Part shown: positions 11,701 through 23,710 of the stretch, in pieces
Layout: each line of letters begins with the position of its first letter
How positions within the stretch are numbered: position 1 is the stretch's first letter
Assembly: GCA_028826165.1 (NCBI GenBank)
Contig: JAPDFW010000009.1
Location: forward strand, 1 to 64,000
Reading direction: 5' to 3'
Origin: Anaeramoeba ignava BMAN
Lineage: Eukaryota; Protista; Anaeramoebae
DNA: 64,000 nucleotides
Program-made: the position numbers and the translations under genes
Notes under the pieces: generated by a model
The model's database searches: none
Told to the model about the DNA's origin: nothing
Seen by the model: the letters and a program-made list of their open reading frames with translations, nothing else

Positions 11701-13700
11701 AAATCAAAATTAGAGAATTAGATGGAATTAGTCAAATTCGTAACGCAATGAATAGTTGGTATGAAAATGAAGAAATTCAAAAATTTGGACTTAAAACCGT
11801 TTATAATCTTTCAACTGATAAAGGTAAAATGAAAATAATTTGAAAATATTAAATTATTTTGATATTTATCATTTCATAATTCACTTTTATCTTATTTTAT
11901 TTTTTCTTTATTCTTATATTTATTCCAAAAAATATTTTATTATTTAATTAATTAACTTTAAAGAAAGTCAAAAACAAGATCATAAATGAAGTTTCTCATC
12001 AAATTATAGCAGCAATGAATAACTTTCCAAATAATGAAAAATTCAAAATTATGGATGTGGAATTTTATCAAATATTACAACTAATATTAGTAATTTATTT
12101 ATCAATAAAAAAAACACAAAAATATCTTCAAAAACAAAATTTTATTTTTAATTTTTGATTTTATAATTATTAGATAATGCCTATTACTTAAAAAATATAA
12201 ATGGAATTGAACCAGTTATTAAAGCAATGATTAATTTCTCAAATAATGAACAAATTCAAGAAAAAGCATTTGAAGCTTTATTTAATTTTTCTAAAAACTC
12301 AAGTAAATTATATCCATAAATAAATATTATAAAACAAATATTATTAATCATATTCATTTCTTCTTTTTTTTTTCAAAATCAAAAAAAAAAATAATTATTA
12401 GTGAATTTAGATAAAATTCTAGAATTAAATGGAATTGAAATGATTATAAAAGCAATGATTAATTTCTCAAAAAATCAAAATATTCAAAATCAAGGATGTG
12501 GATTTTTATCTATTATTTCTAATGATAAATGTAAATTATAAAATTATAATTCAAACAAAAAACAAATTATTATTAATAATAATAATAACAATAAAACAAT
12601 AGTTAAGAAAATTAAAATTTTAGAATTAAATGGAATTGAAATGATTATAAAAGCAATGATTAATTTCCCAACAAATAAAAATATTCAAAATCAAGGATTT
12701 AAAGTTTTAATGAATATTTTAGATAATAAGGGTAAAATATTAATCAAACATAATTAATTCAAATATAAATATTTAATTTATAAATATAAAAATAGAAATT
12801 AAAAGCACAATAAAAAAAATCAATGGAATTGAAGCAATTATTCAATCAATGATTAATTTCACAAAGAATTACAATATCCAAAATAAAGGATTAGAAATTT
12901 TATCTATTCTTTCTAATGATAATGGTAAAATATAAATCAATCAATAAATATTTAAATCTAAATATTTAATTTATAAATATATAAAAATAGAAATTAAAAA
13001 CGCAATAAAAGAATTAAATGGAATTGAAGTTATTATTCAAGCAATGATTAATTTCTCAACAAATGAAAATATTCAAAATAAAGGATTTGAAATTTTATCT
13101 AATATTTCTAATGATAATGGTAAAATATAAATCAATATTAATATTTAAATCAATATTAATACTTAAATCAAAAATTAAAAACAGAAATTAAAATTCAAAT
13201 TGGAGAAATAAATGGAATTGAAACAATTATAAAAGCAATTATTAATTTCCCAACAAATCAAAATATCCAAATTAAAGCATTTGAATCTTTATCAAATTTA
13301 ATTGATAACAAAGGTAAAATGATTTTTATTATTTTATTATTTATTTTGAACTTATTAATTCTCATAAAACAAAAACAAAATAAAACAGAAAATAAGAACA
13401 AAATTATTCAATTAAATAGAATTGAAATTATAATCAAAACAATGAATAATTTTCCAAATTCTGAATTAATCCAAAAATTTGGATGTTTAATTTTATATCA
13501 TATTTCTTTAAATAAAGGTAAAAATCAAAATCAAAATCAAAATCAAAATTAAATTTAAAATTCAAAATTTAAATAATTTAGAGAATAAAATGGAAATAAG
13601 AAGATCTAAAGGAAATGAATGCATTAAACAAGCTTTAAAACGTTTTCCAAAAAATCAAGAAATTCAAAATTTTGGAAAGAAAACATTAAAAAATATTTAA
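8766..13700 (+). CDS. Armadillo-repeat protein, ~22 exons, one ~43-aa repeat per exon with phase-1 introns; N-terminal coiled coil
   Basis: Repeated exons ag|AA AAC AAA ATC CAA ATT..ELNGIEPIIQSMINFPNxxxIQxxGCxxLxNISxNx G|gtaaat. Last exon ends TLKNI* at 13700. One missing A near 12040 shifts the frame of one exon. Confidence 0.8.
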
Positions 13701-13752
13701 AAAAACAAAATTAAAACCAAAATTCATTTTTTCATTTTTTTTCATTTTAAAA

Positions 13753-15550
13753 ATGAATGAAATTATATTTTTTGGTTCAAATAAATATCCAAAACTTTTC
13801 AAAAATAAAACAAATTCAATAAAAAAACCAATTCAATTTAATTTTGAAAATGAAAATGAAAATGAAAAACAAATTAAACAAATTTCATCAAGTAATTTTT
13901 CAACAATTTTCCTTTTTAAAAATGGAAAAGCAATAGAATATTTAAAAGAAAATGATTTAAATCAAAATCCTGAAAAAATCCAAATTGAAGAAAATATTCA
14001 AAAAGTAACTGTTTGTTCTCAAAATGAAGCTATTTTAACAATAGAAGGAAATTTATTTGCAAAAGGATATGATATCAATTCAAAAAATTATAATGAATTT
14101 ATCAATATTTCATCATTAATTGAAGATACAAATGATAGAATAATTCAAGATATTGCTTCTGGTTACAATTCAATTTATTTATTAACTTCAAATCAAAATG
14201 TTTATGGATTTGGTTCAAATCAATATGGTCAACTTGGTTTTGATTCTAAAAAACTTCAAAAAACAGAAAAACCAATTTTAATGATGAAAAATGTTTCTAA
14301 AATATTTTCAGGAAATACTTCAGATTCTGTTTTTCTTTTAAATTCAAATCAAGAATTATTTGGATGCGGATATAATACATATGGTCAACTTGGATTAGGA
14401 GAATCAAAAAAAAAAGACAAACCCAAAAAATTAACCAAAATCCAAAATATTCCAAAAGGTAAAATAATTGATATTCAATGTGGAAATTCCCAATCAATAA
14501 TGTTGATTGAAAATGAAAATGAAAATGAAAATGAAAATGAAAATCCAAAAAGAAAACTTTATTCATGTGGATATTATGGATATAATGGACTTGGCAAAAA
14601 TGAAAATATTGATGAATTTACTGAAATCAAATAATCTTTATTTGAAAATGATGATAATATTCTTGATTTTTCTGTTGGAGATGAATTTACTTTGATTTTA
14701 ACTTCCAATTCAAAATTAATTGGATTTGGAGATAATTCTAATGGTCAATTAGGAACTGGAGATACAAAAGAGCAACCAATTCCAATTCAAATTAAACTTC
14801 CTAAATTAAGATTTAATGAAAATATTTCCAATTATCATATTTCTTGTGGTTCTTATAAATCATTTCTTTATTATTCTCTTTTCCTTTTCCAATCTTGAAG
14901 AAGATTTGATAAAATTATTTAGAAGAAAAGAATTTTGTAATATTTCATTTAAAACCAAAAATGGAGAAATAATTGAAGCTCATAAATTAATATTGAAATA
15001 TAGATTAAATCAAAATCAAAATGAAATTGAAAAACTTCAAGAAATTATTTCAAATAAATCAATTAAAGAATCAAATCAAATATTTGAAATGATTTATTCA
15101 AACAAAATAATAAATCCAATATTATATTATGAAATCAAAGAAATTATAAATTTAAATGAAAAAATTGAAGAAACAATGAAAAGAATTTATTTAAATGAAA
15201 ATGAAAATGAAAATGAAAATGAAAATGAAAAAGATTTTATTATTGAAAGAAAAGAAAAACGATATAAATTTCCTAAATTAATATTAATAATGAGAAGTGA
15301 ATTATATCGAGGAATGTTTTTATCTGTAACAGAAGATACTTCTAATAAAGTTACAGATTATAGTGAATTAAGTAATAAATCATTTCAAATATTTGAATAT
15401 TGGATTTATTCAAATCAAATTAAAGATGAAATTCAAATTACACAAGAAATTATTGATGAAATTAAAATTGGAATTGATTATTTTCAATTAAATCAAACAA
15501 ATCCAAATTTATTTGATTTATTAATTAATAAATTTAAAAATCAAAATTAA
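13753..15550 (+). pseudogene. RCC1-BTB copy C, disrupted
   Basis: Paralog codon TCA is TAA at 14632-14634, plus a small deletion near 14878 that shifts the frame. Confidence 0.75.
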
Positions 15551-15586
15551 AATTAAAATTAAAATTAAAATTAAAATTAAAATAAT

Positions 15587-15770
15587 AAAAAGGGAATAAG
15601 TTTGGTAATCAAACATCATTCCCCCACATTACTTTGTAATGTTAGCTATGAAAAATTAAAAAAAGATTTTCTTTGGAAAAAGAAATGCTTTTCTAAAGGT
15701 GAAAAAAAAAAATAAAAATAAAAAATTAATTTAATTTTATTTCTTTTTCACCGAAATGGATTATGGATTA
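15587..15770 (-). ncRNA. Candidate structured small RNA of unknown class (four stem-loops, Sm-like site)
   Basis: Hairpins at 15698-15752, 15659-15694, 15626-15642 and 15591-15624. Plus-strand A.C mismatches become G.U pairs on the minus strand. Single-stranded AAUUUUUCA at 15649-15657; ends in a U-run. Confidence 0.55.
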
Positions 15771-15833
15771 AATTTAAAATAAAATTAAAATCAAAATTCC
15801 AAAAATCATTTTTTCATTTTTTTCATTTCAAAA

Positions 15834-17594
15834 ATGAATGAAAGTTTATTTTTTGGTGAAAATAAATATCCAAAACTTTTCAAAAATAAACCAAATGAAA
15901 TAACAAAACCAATTCAATTTAAATTTGAAAATGAAAATGAAAATGAAAAACAAATTAAACAAATTTCATCAGGTTTATTTTCAACAATTTTCCTTTTTGA
16001 AAATGGAAAAGCAATAGAATATTTAAAAGAAAATGATTCAAATCAAAATCCTGAAAAAATTCAAATTGAAAATATTCAAAAAGTAACTGTTGGTTTTTCA
16101 AATGAAACTATTTTAACAAAAGAAGGAAATGTATTTGCAAAAGGATATGATATCAATCCAAAAAATCCAAATGAATTTATCAATATTTCATCATTAATTA
16201 AAAATAAAAATGATAAAATAATTAAAGATATTGTTCCTGGAATTAATTCAATTTACTTATTAACTTCAAATCAAAATGCTTATGGAATTGGTTCAAATCA
16301 ATTTGGTCAACTTGGTTTAAAAAAATCAAAAATATCCAACAAACCAATTTTAATGATGAAAAATGTTTCTAAAATATTTTCAGGAAATTCTTCAGATCAT
16401 GTTTTCCTTTTAAATTCAAATCAAGAATTATTTGGATGTGGAAATAATAATTCAAATCAACTTGGATTAGGAAAATCAAGAAAAGAACAAGTGATCCAAA
16501 AATTAACCAAAATCCAAAATATTCCAAAAGGCAAAATAATTGATATTAAATGCGGATATTGGAATTCAATAATGTTAATTGAAAATGAAAATCCAAAAAG
16601 AAAACTTTATTCATGTGGGTATTTTCAATATAATGGACTTGGCAAAGATGAAAATATTGATGAATTTACTGAAATCAAATCATCTTTATTTGAAAATGAT
16701 AATAATATTCTTGAAATTTCTTGTGGATATGCTCATACTTTGATTTTAACTTCCAATTCAAAATTAATTGGATTTGGAAATAATAATAATGGTCAATTAG
16801 GAACTGGAGATACAAATAATCAATTAATCCCTATTCAAATTAAACTTCCTAAATTAAGATTTAATGAAGATATTTCTAATTATCATATTTCTTGTGGTTC
16901 TTATAAATCATTTCTTTATTATTCTCCTCTTTCTTTTTCCAATCTTGAAGAAGATTTGATAAAACTATTTGAAAGAAAAGAATTTTGTGATATTTCATTT
17001 AAAACCAAAAATGGAGAAATAATCAAAGTTCATAAATTAATATTGAAATATAGATTAAATCAAAATCAAAATGAAATTGAAAAACTTCAAGAAATTATTT
17101 CAAATAAATCAATTAAAGAATCAAATCAAATATTTGAAATGATTTATTCAAACAGAAAGATAAATCCAATATTATATTATGAAATTAAAGAAATTATAAA
17201 TTCAAATGAAAAAATTGAAGAAACAATGAAAAGAATTTATTTAAATGAAAATGAAAATGAAAATGAAAAAGATTTTATTATTGAAAAAAAAGAAAAACAA
17301 TATAAATTTCCTAAATTAATATTAATAATGAGAAGTGAATTATATCGAGGAATGTTTTTATCTGTAACAGAAGATAAATCAAATAAAGTTACAGATTATA
17401 GTGAATTAAGTAATAAATCATTTCAAATATTTGAATATTGGATTTATTCAAATCAAATTAAAGATGAAATTCAAATTACACAAGAAATTATTGATGAAAT
17501 TAAAATTGGAATTGATTATTTTCAATTAAATCAAACAAATCCAAATTTATTTGATTTATTAATTAATAAATTTAAAAATCAAAATCAAAATTAA
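15834..17594 (+). CDS. RCC1-repeat + BTB protein, copy D
   Basis: Intact 586-aa paralog. Confidence 0.9.
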   Translation: MNESLFFGENKYPKLFKNKPNEITKPIQFKFENENENEKQIKQISSGLFSTIFLFENGKAIEYLKENDSNQNPEKIQIENIQKVTVGFSNETILTKEGNVFAKGYDINPKNPNEFINISSLIKNKNDKIIKDIVPGINSIYLLTSNQNAYGIGSNQFGQLGLKKSKISNKPILMMKNVSKIFSGNSSDHVFLLNSNQELFGCGNNNSNQLGLGKSRKEQVIQKLTKIQNIPKGKIIDIKCGYWNSIMLIENENPKRKLYSCGYFQYNGLGKDENIDEFTEIKSSLFENDNNILEISCGYAHTLILTSNSKLIGFGNNNNGQLGTGDTNNQLIPIQIKLPKLRFNEDISNYHISCGSYKSFLYYSPLSFSNLEEDLIKLFERKEFCDISFKTKNGEIIKVHKLILKYRLNQNQNEIEKLQEIISNKSIKESNQIFEMIYSNRKINPILYYEIKEIINSNEKIEETMKRIYLNENENENEKDFIIEKKEKQYKFPKLILIMRSELYRGMFLSVTEDKSNKVTDYSELSNKSFQIFEYWIYSNQIKDEIQITQEIIDEIKIGIDYFQLNQTNPNLFDLLINKFKNQNQN

Positions 17595-17713
17595 AATTAA
17601 AAATCAAAATTAAAATTAAAATTAAAATTAAAATTAAAATTAAAATTAAAATTAAAATTAAAATTAAAATTAAAATTTAAAATTAAAATTAAAATTAAAA
17701 TTGAATTTTAAAT

Positions 17714-18490
17714 TAATTATTGATAAAATTAAAATTGGAATTAATTTAATTTTATAAATTTATTAATGAAATTATTGATAAAATTAAAATTGGAATTGAT
17801 TAAATTTTTATAATTATAAATGAAATTATTGATAGAATTAAAAGTGGAATTGATTATTTAAATTTATAATTATAAATGAAATTATTGATAAAATTAAAAG
17901 TGGAATTGATTATTTTTTTTAATTAATTTGTTAATGAAATTATTGATAGAATTAAAAGTGGAATTGATTATTTTTTTTAATTAATTTAAAAAATGAAATT
18001 ATTGATAAAATTAAAAGTGGAATTGATTATTTTTTTTTGATTAATTAAAATTTATAATTATTGATAGAATTAAAAGTGGAATTGATTATTTTTTAAAATT
18101 ATTGATAAAATTATTAAAAGTGGAATTGATTATTTTATTAATTAATTTAATTTTATAAATTTTATTAATGAAATTATTGATAGAATTAAAAGTGGAATTG
18201 ATTATTTTTTTTAATTTTATAAATTTATAAAAATAAAAAGAATTGATAGAATTGATAAATTAAAAGTGGAATTGATTATTTTTAATTAATTTATAAATGA
18301 AATTATTGATAGAATTAAAAGTGGAATTGATTATTTTTTTTTATAATTTATAAATGAAATTATTGATAGAATTAAAATTGGAATTGATTATTTTATAAAT
18401 GAAATTATTGATAGAATTAAAAGTGGAATTGATTATTTTTATAAATGAAATTATTGATAAAATTAAAATTGGAATTGATTATTTTTTTTA
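17714..18490 (+). repeat. ~14-copy minisatellite (45-70 bp period) derived from the RCC1-BTB coding 3' end
   Basis: Core GAAATTATTGATA(A/G)AATTAAAA(T/G)TGGAATTGATTATT matches CDS 17484-17520 (EIIDEIKIGIDY). Confidence 0.9.
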
Positions 18491-18646
18491 ATTAATTAAA
18501 AAAATAAAAAGAAAAACAAATTATTTTGAAAAATGAATCATTCAATAAAAATTTTTGAAAAATCATTCAATAAAAAAAAAATTTTTTTAAAACAAAAAAA
18601 AATTTTTCATTTTTTTTTCAATAAAAAAAAAAAGCATTAAAAACAA

Positions 18647-19260
18647 ATGGATTTAAGCAATTTTAAATTTGAATTAAAACCATGGGATAAATTTGTGCAA
18701 AAACCAGCTATTCCACAAGGAGATCAAATCATGGATAGATTAAAGAAAAATATCTCATATTGGATGTCAAACTATTTGATTGTTGTCGCAGCTTTTATGA
18801 TTCTTCTTATATTGAAAAATCCAGTAGCAATTATTGCACCAATTGCTTCTGTTGGTGGTGCTTATTATTTCTTCAAGATGAATAAAGGGGCAGATTTGGT
18901 TGTTGGTGGTATCAAAATTGATAAAAAAATGGCTACTTATGGACTTATCGGAAGTAATTATTTAAAATTTTTTTTTTGCTTTCATTTTTTTTTAAAAATT
19001 TTTCAATTATCAAAAAAATTAAAAAATTAAAATTAAAAAATTAAAATTAACATGAAATCCAATCAAATGTCAAATTAAAAAAAAATTTTCAATTATTTTT
19101 ATTATTATTATTATTATTATTAGTTGGTGCTGGTTTACTTTTAATAATTGCTAAAGCAGATGTTTTCAAATTCTTAATTTTCGCCGCAATAGTAATTTGC
19201 GCTCATGCAATTGTTATTCCTCCAACAACAGAAAAAAGCAAAAACAAAACAAAGAAATAA
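18647..19260 (+). CDS. PRA1: PRA1 family (prenylated Rab acceptor) protein, 2 exons, intron ~18954-19123
   Basis: LKPWDKF...RLKKNISYWMSNY motif, hydrophobic hairpins, C-terminal ICAHA and basic tail. Confidence 0.85.
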
Positions 19261-19575
19261 AAGGAAACCACATTAATAATTTTTTTTTTTGAAATTTTTT
19301 TTTCATTCACAAAGGAAATCAAAACAAAATAATAGTTATCTTTTTTTTTTTTTTTCCAAATTAATTCAATCAAAAACAATTTTCTCAATTAAACTCATTG
19401 AAATCCAATTTAATTATTTTTTTTTAATTATTTTATTTTAATTTTTAAATTGGAATTTATTTTTTGATTTGTAAAAGAAAAGAAAAAAAAGAAAAGAAAT
19501 CAAAATGAAAATTAAATTGAAAATCAAAAATCAAATTGATTAAAAAAAAAAAGAAAAAAAATTTCATTCGCATTT

Positions 19576-21490
19576 TCATTTTTCTTCACGATCAAAGATT
19601 TTAACATATTGATGAATTGTATCTCTGTTATTTTGAGCAATACATTCTGCAATCTTTTCAATGTTTCGAATTTCCTTTAAAAAAATTAAATTAAAAAAAT
19701 TAAATTTAAAAAATTAAATAAATCAAAAAGAAAATGAATTAATTTTTCATTTTACTTGTTCTTTGAGTTTAACAAAACTATAAAAAATTCCAAAATGGAA
19801 TTGTTGTAAAAAAGAGGATTCATTTAAACGAACTTGATGTAGAAAAAATCCATCATCTAAACTTGTGTTAACTGACATTTTTGATTCATTAAAAATATCT
19901 TTATAAAGCTTTTTATCAAAAAAAAAACAAAGTAAAAATAAAATTTGATTAATTTTTCAAATGAAAAAAAATTGAAAATAATTTTGATTGATCTCACTTT
20001 GTGTTTATCTAAAACTTGAAGAATTGCATCATCATCTTCTGCACTTGAAAGTTTCTGAAGAGCTAAATTTAGAATTTTTTGGATAATTTTAAATAAAATA
20101 ATTTTAAATAAAATAAAAAAATAAAATATTCACTTGTGCTATCAAGATATCCAATTTCAGGATATAATTTTAATTTATCATGTTTTGTCAATTCGGTTTT
20201 TTGACTATTCTTTGTAATTGTAATACATCTACGATCAGCTTCAAACTAAATCAAAAATTAACAATTACAAGAAATGAATGAAATTTTTTTGGATTTAATA
20301 AAATAAATACTTTTAAAATTTCACTCATAATTTCAGCAGTTTCTCCTCCAAGTTTTTGGCAATACTTATAAAAATCTTCGAGATAACTTTTATATAAAAT
20401 ATTCCTAACAATTTCCAAATTTGATTCAGAAACATCTTCTTGACTTAAACAATTAATAAAATATGGAGCAAGCTAAAAATAAATAAAAGAAAATAATTAT
20501 TAAAATTTAATTTCTTGTAATTGAAATTAATTGATGAAAAAAAAATTTTTATTTACAGGAGTTTCAATAATAACAGAATCATATAATTCAGATAATGATT
20601 TTGTTGCAAATAAAGTTTTCATCTCTTTAAACATGCCTAAAGGATGGCATTCATCAACAAAATCTTGGATATTTCCTCCAGAAATTGAGCCTTGGAAAAG
20701 TAAAATAATATTATCAATCATGTATTCATAACTTTGAAAAAATCACAAATATAAAAGTAATCAAGAAAATATTAAAAAAAATTTTTGGATAATTAGTAAT
20801 GATTTATTATCCAAAAATAAAACAAGTAAGATTACGTTATATAATCCATAAAAGTATGAAGAGGTTCAACAGATTGAGAATGAATATGATTAAATTGTTC
20901 AACAAGTTTTTCAGTACATTTTTGGAAGAAAGTGAAAGTGTCTAATGGACTTTTGAAATAAATTTTAATATAAATTTTAAAATAAATTTTGAAATAAATT
21001 TTTAAATAAATTTTAATATAAATTTTGAAATAAATTTTAATATAAATTTTAAAATAAATTTTGAAATAAATTTATAAATAAATTATTAAATAAATTTTAA
21101 AATAAATTTTAATATAAATTTTGAAATAAATTTTGAAATAAATTTTGATATAAATTTTGAAATAAATTTTGAAATAAATTTTAATATAAATTTAGAAATA
21201 AATTTTGATATAAATTTTAAAATGAATTTTGAAATGAATTTTGAAATAAATTTTGAAATAAATTTTGAAATAAATTTTAAAATAAATTTAATTATAAATT
21301 TTAATATAAATATAAACCTTGGTTCGTTTTGAAGAAAATTTCCATAGTCAGTTGTAGCTAAACTCATTTTCATATCATCAAGAGAAGTGCATTGAGTTAA
21401 ATTTGTATAATCTTGTGCTGTTAAAAGTCCTCCTACAAATCCTCTTACTAAAGCTTCATAATATCCATGTTCAATATTAAATGTTAACAT
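19576..21490 (-). CDS. ATP6V0D: V-type ATPase V0 subunit d (Vma6), 8 exons
   Basis: [17 protein letters not shown]...NLTQC...[59 protein letters not shown]; all seven introns GT-AG and in frame. Confidence 0.95.
20950..21317 (-). repeat. Intron 1 of V-ATPase d filled with 12-bp AAAATTTATTTC/AAAATTTATATT repeats
   Basis: Visible array between GT donor at 21317 and AAAAG acceptor at 20950. Confidence 0.9.
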
Positions 21491-21739
21491 TTTTCTGTTT
21501 TTTTTCTTTAATTTGTTTTGTTAAAAATATAAAAAAATGAAAAATGAAAAATGAAAAAATGAAAAAAAAATTTAATTTTCTTTTGTTTTTTTTTACACTC
21601 ATCATTCATTTTATTGATAATTTTATTAGATTTGAATGATTTTTTTCTTTTAGAAAAAATGGTTAATTTGATCTAACAAAAAATCAAAACAAAAAGAAAT
21701 GAAAAAATTTTTTGGATCATTTTGAATTTTATAAATGAA

Positions 21740-22360
21740 TTTTAATTTTAATTTTAATTTTAATTTTAATTTTAATTTTAATTTTGATTTTGATTTTAAT
21801 TTTTAATTTTAATTTTGATTTTAATTTTGATTTTAATTTTAATTTTGATTTTAATTTTGATTTTGATTTTGATTTTAATTTTGATTTTTAATTTTAATTT
21901 TAATTTTAATTTTAATTTTGATTTTAATTTTAATTTTAATTTTAATTTTGATTTTAATTTGATTTTGATTTTTGATTTTTGATTTTGATTTTAATTTTAA
22001 TTTTAAATTTAATTTTGATTTTAATTTTGATTTTAATTTTAATTTTAATTTTAATTTTAATTTTAATTTTAATTTTAATTTTAATTTTAATTTTAATTTT
22101 AATTTTGATTTTCATTTTCATTTTCATTTTGATTTTGATTTTGATTTTGATTTTGATTTTTAATTTTGATTTAAATTTTAATTTTGATTTTAATTTTAAT
22201 TTTGATTTTAATTTTAATTTTTGATTTTGATTTTAATTTTGATTTTGATTTTGATTTTGATTTTGATTTTGATTTTAATTTTGATTTTGATTTTAATTTT
22301 AATTTTGATTTTAATTTTGATTTTAATTTTGATTTTAATTTTGATTTTAATTTTGATTTA
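21740..22360 (-). repeat. (AAAATT/AAAATC)n hexamer microsatellite downstream of the actin cluster
   Basis: Visible. Confidence 0.95.
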
Positions 22361-22420
22361 AATAAATCCAAAATTCAAATATTCCAAAATTTCGCTTAAT
22401 AAATTGAATCAAAGAAATGC

Positions 22421-23557
22421 TTAATAATAGCATTTTTGATCAATAATATTTGGTCCAACTTCATCATATTCTTCTTTTGAAATCCACATACGTTGGAAAG
22501 TGGATAATGATGCTAAAATAGATCCTCCAATCCAAGGTGAATATTTACGTTCTGGAGGTGCAACTAACTTAACTCTTGTTTGTTGAGGAAATAATGCTTT
22601 GAGTTCATTTTCAAGTCTATCTGAAAATTTTGGGAAAAATGTTGATCCTCCTGATAAAACAATATTTCCAATAAAATCTCTTCGAGCATCAATATCACTT
22701 TCCATAATTGAATTATAAATGATTTTATGAATTCCTTCTAAATCAATTCCCATTAATCTTGGTTGAAATAATCCTTCACAACATTTTATTCTTTCTTCAG
22801 AAACACTGATAATATCTCCATTTTTTAATTCATATTCTTTTTCTAAATTGAATTGATTTTGATTTTGTTTGATTTCTTCTTCATAATTAATTGAACAATA
22901 ACATAATTTTTCTTTAATTTCTCTTGCCATTTCAATTTCATTTGATGTTGTAAATGAATATCCCCTTTCTTCAAGTAATTTGATTAAGAAATTAGTTAGA
23001 TCAAAACCTGAAATATCATATCTATCAATTCCTTTAGGAATTTCATATCCTTCATAAATTGTTTGAGTAAGTGTTACTCCATGTCCAATATCAACAACAA
23101 TTCCTGTTGTTCTTCCTGATGAATATAACGATAAAACTCCAGAATTAGCAATATAAAAAGCAGGTATATCAAATGTTTCAAACATAATTTGAATTGTTTT
23201 TTCTCTGTGACTTTTTGGATTAAATGGTGGATTTATCATAAGAATTGGATGTTGATTTGGATTGATTTTGATTTGATTAGCGAAAATATTATCCCACATT
23301 TTTTCCATATTATCCCAATCTTCGACAATTCCTCTTTGAATTGGATAATTTAAATTTAATATTTCTCGATTTTTTTGAGCTTCATTTCCAATATATTCTG
23401 TTTTGGATGAAGTACTATAATTATCATATTGATTAAGTTTTTCCCCAATAACAGATGATGTAACTGTTCTTGGTGCGTCATCTCCTGCAAATCCTGTTCT
23501 AATCTCAAAACTTCCATTATCTAAAACGATTGCTTGAATTTCATCTTCGTCAAACAT
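22421..23557 (-). CDS. Divergent actin / actin-related protein, copy 1 (intronless)
   Basis: AIVLDNGS..TGFAGDDAPR, LSLYSSGRTTGIV, NIVLSGGST, APPERKYSPWIGGSILASLSTF..MWISKEEYDE; start at MFDEDE by comparison with copy 2. Confidence 0.9.
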   Translation of the reverse strand: MFDEDEIQAIVLDNGSFEIRTGFAGDDAPRTVTSSVIGEKLNQYDNYSTSSKTEYIGNEAQKNREILNLNYPIQRGIVEDWDNMEKMWDNIFANQIKINPNQHPILMINPPFNPKSHREKTIQIMFETFDIPAFYIANSGVLSLYSSGRTTGIVVDIGHGVTLTQTIYEGYEIPKGIDRYDISGFDLTNFLIKLLEERGYSFTTSNEIEMAREIKEKLCYCSINYEEEIKQNQNQFNLEKEYELKNGDIISVSEERIKCCEGLFQPRLMGIDLEGIHKIIYNSIMESDIDARRDFIGNIVLSGGSTFFPKFSDRLENELKALFPQQTRVKLVAPPERKYSPWIGGSILASLSTFQRMWISKEEYDEVGPNIIDQKCYY

Positions 23558-23710
23558 TTTTAAAAAATTAAAATTAAAATTGAAAAAAATGAAAAAAATA
23601 TTTTTGCTTTTTTTTTCATTCATTTTGAAAAAAAAAAAAAAGAAGAATGAAAATTGAAAATTGATTGAAGAATGAAAAAATTGAAAAAGAAAATTGAAAG
23701 AAGAAAATGC

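Noticed and set aside
14632-14634. Stop-codon reassignment (TAA read as sense)
   Set aside because: Isolated case at a Ser position; TAA terminates most genes in the window.
17714-18490. CRISPR-like repeat/spacer array
   Set aside because: Repeats are degenerate and match a neighbouring CDS, spacers are low-complexity and uneven, no cas genes, eukaryotic context.
21600-21640. Hairpin ATCATTCA...TGAATGAT as snoRNA or miRNA
   Set aside because: Single weak A/T stem with no C/D or H/ACA boxes; expected by chance at this composition.
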